From assembly GCA_051382335.1 (NCBI GenBank), contig JBBCAX010000150.1:1-64000 (forward strand): DNA of 64,000 nt. The letters run 5' to 3'. The notes beneath the pieces were generated by a model that searched no databases, was not told where the DNA came from, and worked only from the letters and a program-made list of their open reading frames with translations. The translations under genes were made by a program, and so were the position numbers. This stretch comes from Deltaproteobacteria bacterium TL4. Its GTDB lineage: Bacteria; SAR324; NAC60-12. This document shows, one piece after another, positions 59,296-64,000 of this stretch (positions are counted from its first letter, which is position 1; every line of letters starts with the position of its first letter).

Positions 59296-60363
59296 CTAGT
59301 TTTGAGTGGTGTGTCCTAGCAAAGCGTCAGTGCCAATGTATTCATCGCCAATATCTTGTGAATTGGTGTTATTCAGTAACGCTTTTTGGAGTAAGCGAAT
59401 AAACTCATCCCGCTTTGCTTCCGCATCCGTCCAGAGATAAAGTCCGTCCTCATCTTCTGCTGCGATAACGTGTACCGCGAAAAACCAATTTTCACGATGC
59501 CAGAGGAAGGTGGAGCGTTCTTGAAACCTGAAAAACCAATGCCCACCGTCGCCCAGGCTGTTTTGAACGGAATAGGACATATTCAGATTACTGAACGAAA
59601 GCATATGTCTCCAAAACTTAAACGCCCGTTCATCGGAAACAAATTCAATAATCTGTAAATCAATCAGATGGCCCCCTTTTTCATACATCCATTTTTGAGC
59701 AAAACGGTAATGTTCCGGATTGAAAATATATTCCATAAAATTCGGAACCAGATAGCTATTGATGGGCTCTTTCCCTTTATCAACCACATGCTGCAGTTTC
59801 AATTCCTGTTCCGCACGATTCAGGTGATCCATATTCTGAGGGACAATGCGTTGAAAGGTTAAGTACCGTTGACTTGCGTCCAAAAACAAATCCGGAGGCG
59901 TTGCCCCTCGTTGATAGCGTCGAATGATTCCCCGCAAGTTCGCCTTTGGCGCAAGTTGAAGAATTCCCCCAATTTGGGTAATATCTCCAAAAATTTCAGC
60001 ACGCGATTCTACATTAAGAGCCCCTCCAGAAAAAACAATCCCATTATGCAATAAGCTATTGGGCCCTATCGTGACCAGGCAGCCCACAGAAAAAATTTGT
60101 CCTGTGACCTCTGCCTGAATCGTAAGGGTAGAGTGATTACAGGTCACATCCTTGGCGACAACATCCGAGGATAACACATAAGGCGATGAAATCTGCCAAC
60201 TTTTATTTTCGTTCGCTTGCACCTCCGAAAGAGGAATGCCTAGCGAAAATACGATAAAAAGCACAGGCAGACGAAAAAACCAAGGACCAGGAAACGAAAA
60301 GACGTTCATCAAAATCAACACATAAACCGGCTTTTTTTTCCTCTTATGATCATATCTACGCAT
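59296..60363 (-). CDS. hypothetical exported protein with a bactofilin-like beta-helix region
   Basis: AEVTGQIFSVG...AEIFGDITQIGG repeats; overlaps the anti-sigma gene; true start probably downstream of 60363. Confidence 0.6.
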   Translation of the reverse strand: MRRYDHKRKKKPVYVLILMNVFSFPGPWFFRLPVLFIVFSLGIPLSEVQANENKSWQISSPYVLSSDVVAKDVTCNHSTLTIQAEVTGQIFSVGCLVTIGPNSLLHNGIVFSGGALNVESRAEIFGDITQIGGILQLAPKANLRGIIRRYQRGATPPDLFLDASQRYLTFQRIVPQNMDHLNRAEQELKLQHVVDKGKEPINSYLVPNFMEYIFNPEHYRFAQKWMYEKGGHLIDLQIIEFVSDERAFKFWRHMLSFSNLNMSYSVQNSLGDGGHWFFRFQERSTFLWHRENWFFAVHVIAAEDEDGLYLWTDAEAKRDEFIRLLQKALLNNTNSQDIGDEYIGTDALLGHTTQN

Positions 60364-60964
60364 CTTTTTTCTTATTCAAACCGTACATTTTTTGATCCGC
60401 AAGCTTTGCTTTTGCCGGAGACACTTTCATTAAAAAGGCTTGCTCTTTATGACTCAAACGCAACCCAATGGAAATTGCGGAATAATGCCAGTTGGGCGTT
60501 TCATTTTCAGAAGCTTCTTTCTCAATCGAAAGTCCGAATTGATATTTATTCCAGACCACTCGAGTGGGACTGGAGTCCGTCATCAGCAGATCAGGTTCCA
60601 AGTCCACAACTTTATAATTAGAGGGAATGTCGGTTATTTGCTGAGCTGAATACCACCAGCCTGAAATTCCTACGACCAACGTAACCATTGCCGCGGCCGA
60701 CAGCACACGCCATTGAAATTTTTGCCATTGTTGAGGTGGCGGATACAGCTTGGCTTGTAACTCGTCCCAAACGTCCAGTTCTGAGATAGAGGCGGGTGTG
60801 GGGTTCTCAACCTGGAGATACAATGCCAGCGAATCCTTCAAAATTTTGAGTTCTTGCTGACAATCTTCGCATTGTTCCCAGTGTTCTTTCCACTCTGGAA
60901 GGTCCAACTGTTCTGGATATTTAACGGATATCTCCTGAAGTTTCAGCATTTTTTCACATAACAT
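60356..60964 (-). CDS. zinc-finger (HxxxCxxC) transmembrane anti-sigma factor
   Basis: HWEQCEDC, one TM; overlaps the ECF sigma stop. Confidence 0.8.
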   Translation of the reverse strand: MLCEKMLKLQEISVKYPEQLDLPEWKEHWEQCEDCQQELKILKDSLALYLQVENPTPASISELDVWDELQAKLYPPPQQWQKFQWRVLSAAAMVTLVVGISGWWYSAQQITDIPSNYKVVDLEPDLLMTDSSPTRVVWNKYQFGLSIEKEASENETPNWHYSAISIGLRLSHKEQAFLMKVSPAKAKLADQKMYGLNKKKDA

Positions 60965-61565
60965 TTTCTTCTCCTTTTTGATCTGTCACAGAAATATGTT
61001 GAAAAAATGGAGTCAACAGTTCTTTCACTCGCGTTCGCGCATAAAATAAGCGAGATTTTACACTTCCAACGGGAACATCCAGTATTTCCGCAATCTCATG
61101 TACCGGCACATCATCCTGGTAATGAAGATACAAAACCAGTCGGTGATTATCACTCAATTTATGCAGTGCTCTTTGAATTATTTGTTTTCGCTGTGCATTC
61201 AGAACCAGACGCTCAGGAGAGGGGCTGTGATCCATATAGATCAAGGTCGCCTCCTCAAAGTTCGCTGGTAAATCGGATTCCGCCTGAAAAAAACTTTGAT
61301 GCTTCCGCGCTTTTTTTAAATAACGAAGCGATTCATTGACTGAAATCTTATAAATCCATGTTTTAAAAGACGCCTCTCCACGAAATTTTTTTAATCCCCG
61401 GTACGTCGCAATAAAAACATCCTGTACTACGTCAGGAACCATCGCTTCATTCTTTAAAATAGCATAACAAAGTCGTCCTACTAAATTTTGATACTTCTTG
61501 ACTAGTATCTCAAACGCTTTTTTATCACCACTCAAATGAGCTTTAATCAGTATCTCGTCATCCAT
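60954..61565 (-). CDS. ECF sigma factor (RpoE/SigW-like)
   Basis: GDKKAFEILV, DVVQDVF, FKTWIYKI and EIAEILDVPVGSVKSRLFYAR. Confidence 0.94.
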   Translation of the reverse strand: MDDEILIKAHLSGDKKAFEILVKKYQNLVGRLCYAILKNEAMVPDVVQDVFIATYRGLKKFRGEASFKTWIYKISVNESLRYLKKARKHQSFFQAESDLPANFEEATLIYMDHSPSPERLVLNAQRKQIIQRALHKLSDNHRLVLYLHYQDDVPVHEIAEILDVPVGSVKSRLFYARTRVKELLTPFFQHISVTDQKGEENVM

Positions 61566-61658
61566 GGGATACCATTAGGGTATACCTTAATTACGATCCC
61601 TCATGTCAGGTACTGATTATCATAGAAAGGTTATCTTTAATAAAAGATTCCTGCCTAT

Positions 61659-61686
61659 ATAGAACAGTCCCCAGCAATTGGGTTCA
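61659..61686 (-). promoter_or_regulatory. ECF-type promoter, probably autoregulatory
   Basis: minus strand TGAACCC-N16-TCTAT about 95 nt upstream of the sigma ATG. Confidence 0.6.
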
Positions 61687-61734
61687 ATGAAATTACATTT
61701 TATTTTTCAATTTCTATTTTGTCACTCTTGTTTC

Positions 61735-62331
61735 TTAGCGTATTAATTCGACATTATCCATACTGATTTTTTTATCTTTGAGCTGATAGTTTAAATTTAC
61801 CCCCAAAAAAGTACTGTTTTCTTTATGTAAAATCACTGAGTCCGGAGCTGATAAATGTTCATTTTGATAATCAAAAATTACTTTTTCTGTATTTATTTGC
61901 AAATCGCTTCCCCGTGTCCCTACCACGTTCCCACTTAAAACCACCTGTTGTGAAGGCTCATCCACCATCCCTTGCTGTGCTTTGACATGGATATCCACTT
62001 TAGGCTCCCCTGAAATTTCTGAGGTGTAAATCAGAATTTCAACCTGTTCCAGTAAGAAACTACGCGTCTCTTCCATAAAGGTGGCGTGAGTACTTAGGAT
62101 CTTCCAACGCTTATGTTCTCTTTTGAAATCTTCAATCTCCACCCCTTCCAGGGTTAACGTTTTGATTAACTCTGCAGGGGATTCAAGGGTTTCCTTTTCT
62201 ATGTTAAAAATGCTGGAAAAATAAAAAAACGCACTGATGAGCAAAAAAAGCAGCGCCATTTCTTTCCGGTTTCCCCATAACACCCTGTAGTAAGGATGCG
62301 ATTCTTGAATAGACTTTGAGGCTTTTATCAT
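61735..62331 (-). CDS. lptC: LPS export protein LptC
   Basis: one TM, then W.I.S..A, A..G.V, V.LSGNV, INTEK..FD and G..L.Y.L beta-jellyroll pattern. Confidence 0.78.
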   Translation of the reverse strand: MIKASKSIQESHPYYRVLWGNRKEMALLFLLISAFFYFSSIFNIEKETLESPAELIKTLTLEGVEIEDFKREHKRWKILSTHATFMEETRSFLLEQVEILIYTSEISGEPKVDIHVKAQQGMVDEPSQQVVLSGNVVGTRGSDLQINTEKVIFDYQNEHLSAPDSVILHKENSTFLGVNLNYQLKDKKISMDNVELIR

Positions 62332-62337
62332 TTGAGG

Positions 62338-62841
62338 TCAGAAGCGCAGATAAAAAATGGTAGTTTTTACATCCCATGGAGCGGAAGCCTTGGAGGTATG
62401 AGACGCTGAGGCAAAAGAGGTGTTTTGAAAGTCTTCATTTCTATCGTAAAAAAGACCAGCCTGACGTCTTCTCAAATTGGGCAAAGGAGACTCTGGAATG
62501 ATGGCAGGGTCAAAACTCAAACCTTTGATGACTAAAACAATCCCAAAACCATAACCGAAAAGTCCTCCCAGCGTGGTGCCGAGTAGCAGAGATTCCCGAA
62601 AATCAGCGGAGGAATCCGCTAAGGCGATAGAACTCCCCATGATCGCGCCCCAAGCGGAACCCATTAAGGTATTCCAAAACACGGATTTCATCACGGGATC
62701 CTTGATTTGTATTTGAGTCTGATCCGTTTCTGCCGGCGGAACTGCCGGCAGAGCGGCTGGCGGAGTCACGGCCTGTTGGGCCAGACAAACTTGAGTCATA
62801 CTCATGATGATCCACAGAAGGATACCTATTTTACGAAACAT
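62338..62841 (-). CDS. exported glycine-zipper hairpin protein (paralog B)
   Basis: signal peptide, GxxxGxxxG helices, C-terminal VKTTIFYLRF; GAGG RBS. Confidence 0.75.
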   Translation of the reverse strand: MFRKIGILLWIIMSMTQVCLAQQAVTPPAALPAVPPAETDQTQIQIKDPVMKSVFWNTLMGSAWGAIMGSSIALADSSADFRESLLLGTTLGGLFGYGFGIVLVIKGLSFDPAIIPESPLPNLRRRQAGLFYDRNEDFQNTSFASASHTSKASAPWDVKTTIFYLRF

Positions 62842-62859
62842 GGTGCTTCCTCAGAGTGA

Positions 62860-63303
62860 TTAAAAAGTATAGTGAAGTAAGGTCAATTTCATTTTCGGGC
62901 TCCTAGGCTTTTTTGCCGAGTAGGAATCCTTCTTGATGATAGAAAACTCGAGGGGCTGATTTTGATAACCCAGTAACTTATTCAACAAAGGATTGTCTTC
63001 CGGTTGGTCAGGATAGATGACGGCCTGCTTGAGTACATAAAATCCTGCCGCGGAACCCAAAACTGAGCCCACAACAACCCCCCAACGGATGCTGTCAATG
63101 ATATCAACAATTAAGGGATCCGTCAACCACACAACAGCTCCAATACCCGCTCCGGCCACAACACCCCCTAGTGTGAAGCCAACTTGAGTATTAAACATCA
63201 GGGGCCCCTTCTCTTGAGCACTCACACTTTCTACCGCAATTCCCGCTAGCAATACTAATCCCATGATTAGGGAAATGAACCCATTTTTCGTATAAGCACA
63301 CAT
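62860..63303 (-). CDS. exported glycine-zipper hairpin protein (paralog A)
   Basis: signal peptide, GxxxGxxxG helices, C-terminal MKLTLLHYTF; AGGAG RBS. Confidence 0.75.
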   Translation of the reverse strand: MCAYTKNGFISLIMGLVLLAGIAVESVSAQEKGPLMFNTQVGFTLGGVVAGAGIGAVVWLTDPLIVDIIDSIRWGVVVGSVLGSAAGFYVLKQAVIYPDQPEDNPLLNKLLGYQNQPLEFSIIKKDSYSAKKPRSPKMKLTLLHYTF

Positions 63304-63478
63304 TCACAACTCCTTAAGCTTTGATATTTTAATCTCTTGTTAAGAATTCTGACCCTCAATTTCTCAAAAAAGTTCACCCGAATCCAGTTTTTTTTTGATT
63401 AGTGAATAATATTTGCATTTCCCTTATTTCACAGATGTTTTCATCCTTCTCCTTACGTTCTCATTCAAAGAAGCTCTT

Positions 63479-64000
63479 ATGCTCATAAAAAAAACTAAGA
63501 TTGTCAATCTCATTATTTGTCTAATAGTCGGATTATGGTTGAGTAAAAGCACGGCTGTCTTCGCGCAATCACAATTTGAAGACGATTCCTCTTTTGACGA
63601 AACGGATCAACTTGATGACGAGGAGACGGATTTTGGTGATGATTTTGAAAATTCAGATGGCTTTGACAGCCTCGATGAAGGAGATAGCGACGCTGATGGA
63701 GAAGGTTCCTTTCTGAATGAAGAGCAAGATACCCAGGAGCAGTATATTGATGACAGCTTGATCCCGGAAGGTGCCGAAAAGAGTTTAGAGAGCATTTTTC
63801 TCAAGCAGAGACAGTTACTATTGGAAGAAAAAATCAACGCTCCTTTAAATGTCGCTTATGGTGCGGGAACCGGTTTGATGATTGGGGGGTGGATCGCTCT
63901 TTTAGCTTCTCGGACCGCTAGAGATACGCTGAGATCCATTGGTTTGGGGATTGTGACAGGAAGTATGGTAGGTGTTTCCATCGGAACACGTTCCGTTTGG
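63479..64000 (+). CDS. exported acidic protein with glycine-zipper hairpin (paralog C), runs off the window end
   Basis: not in the ORF track; ATG 63479, MLIKKTK...AVFAQ signal peptide, D/E-rich stretch, then GAGTGLMIGGWIAL...SIGLGIVTGSMVGVSIG; no stop before 64000. Confidence 0.75.
   Translation, partial: MLIKKTKIVNLIICLIVGLWLSKSTAVFAQSQFEDDSSFDETDQLDDEETDFGDDFENSDGFDSLDEGDSDADGEGSFLNEEQDTQEQYIDDSLIPEGAEKSLESIFLKQRQLLLEEKINAPLNVAYGAGTGLMIGGWIALLASRTARDTLRSIGLGIVTGSMVGVSIGTRSVW

Noticed and set aside
63388..63396. T9 tract (also 9-nt A tracts near 10816 and 56622) as phase-variation sites
   Set aside because: Such runs are common at this AT content and the frames are intact
63607..63837. 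76-aa Ser-rich minus-strand ORF
   Set aside because: Antisense shadow of the acidic plus-strand gene starting at 63479

Overview
A gene-dense, mostly housekeeping chromosomal window from a Gram-negative bacterium. The gene set and protein styles suggest a deltaproteobacteria-like lineage such as SAR324; this is inference only. Core genes: typA, hrcA, dapF, pilD, larB, lpxL, thrC, dxs, zapB, lipA, aroA, mrp/apbC, efp, epmA, argF, gltA, fliM, fdx, panB, an RNase II-family gene, ssrA (tmRNA), an ECF sigma/anti-sigma operon and lptC. I saw no CRISPR array, rRNA, tRNA, prophage or intact transposase. There is an IS1-like remnant, two response-regulator remnants and several REP-like palindromes. 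Five things stand out. (1) A 1305-aa class I adenylate-cyclase-like nucleotidyltransferase has a ~280-aa insertion in its catalytic core and altered motifs, and sits behind an uncharacterised membrane protein. (2) A small SutA-like protein is the first gene of a CIRCE-controlled hrcA operon that lacks grpE/dnaK. (3) Three paralogous exported glycine-zipper proteins cluster with lptC; the two complete ones end in a beta-signal-like strand. (4) EpmA seems to retain a LysRS-like OB-fold N-terminus. (5) A tandem Spy/CpxP lipoprotein with a Cys-rich tail is divergent from an orphan BaeS-like kinase. All family assignments are by eye from motifs; no searches were run.
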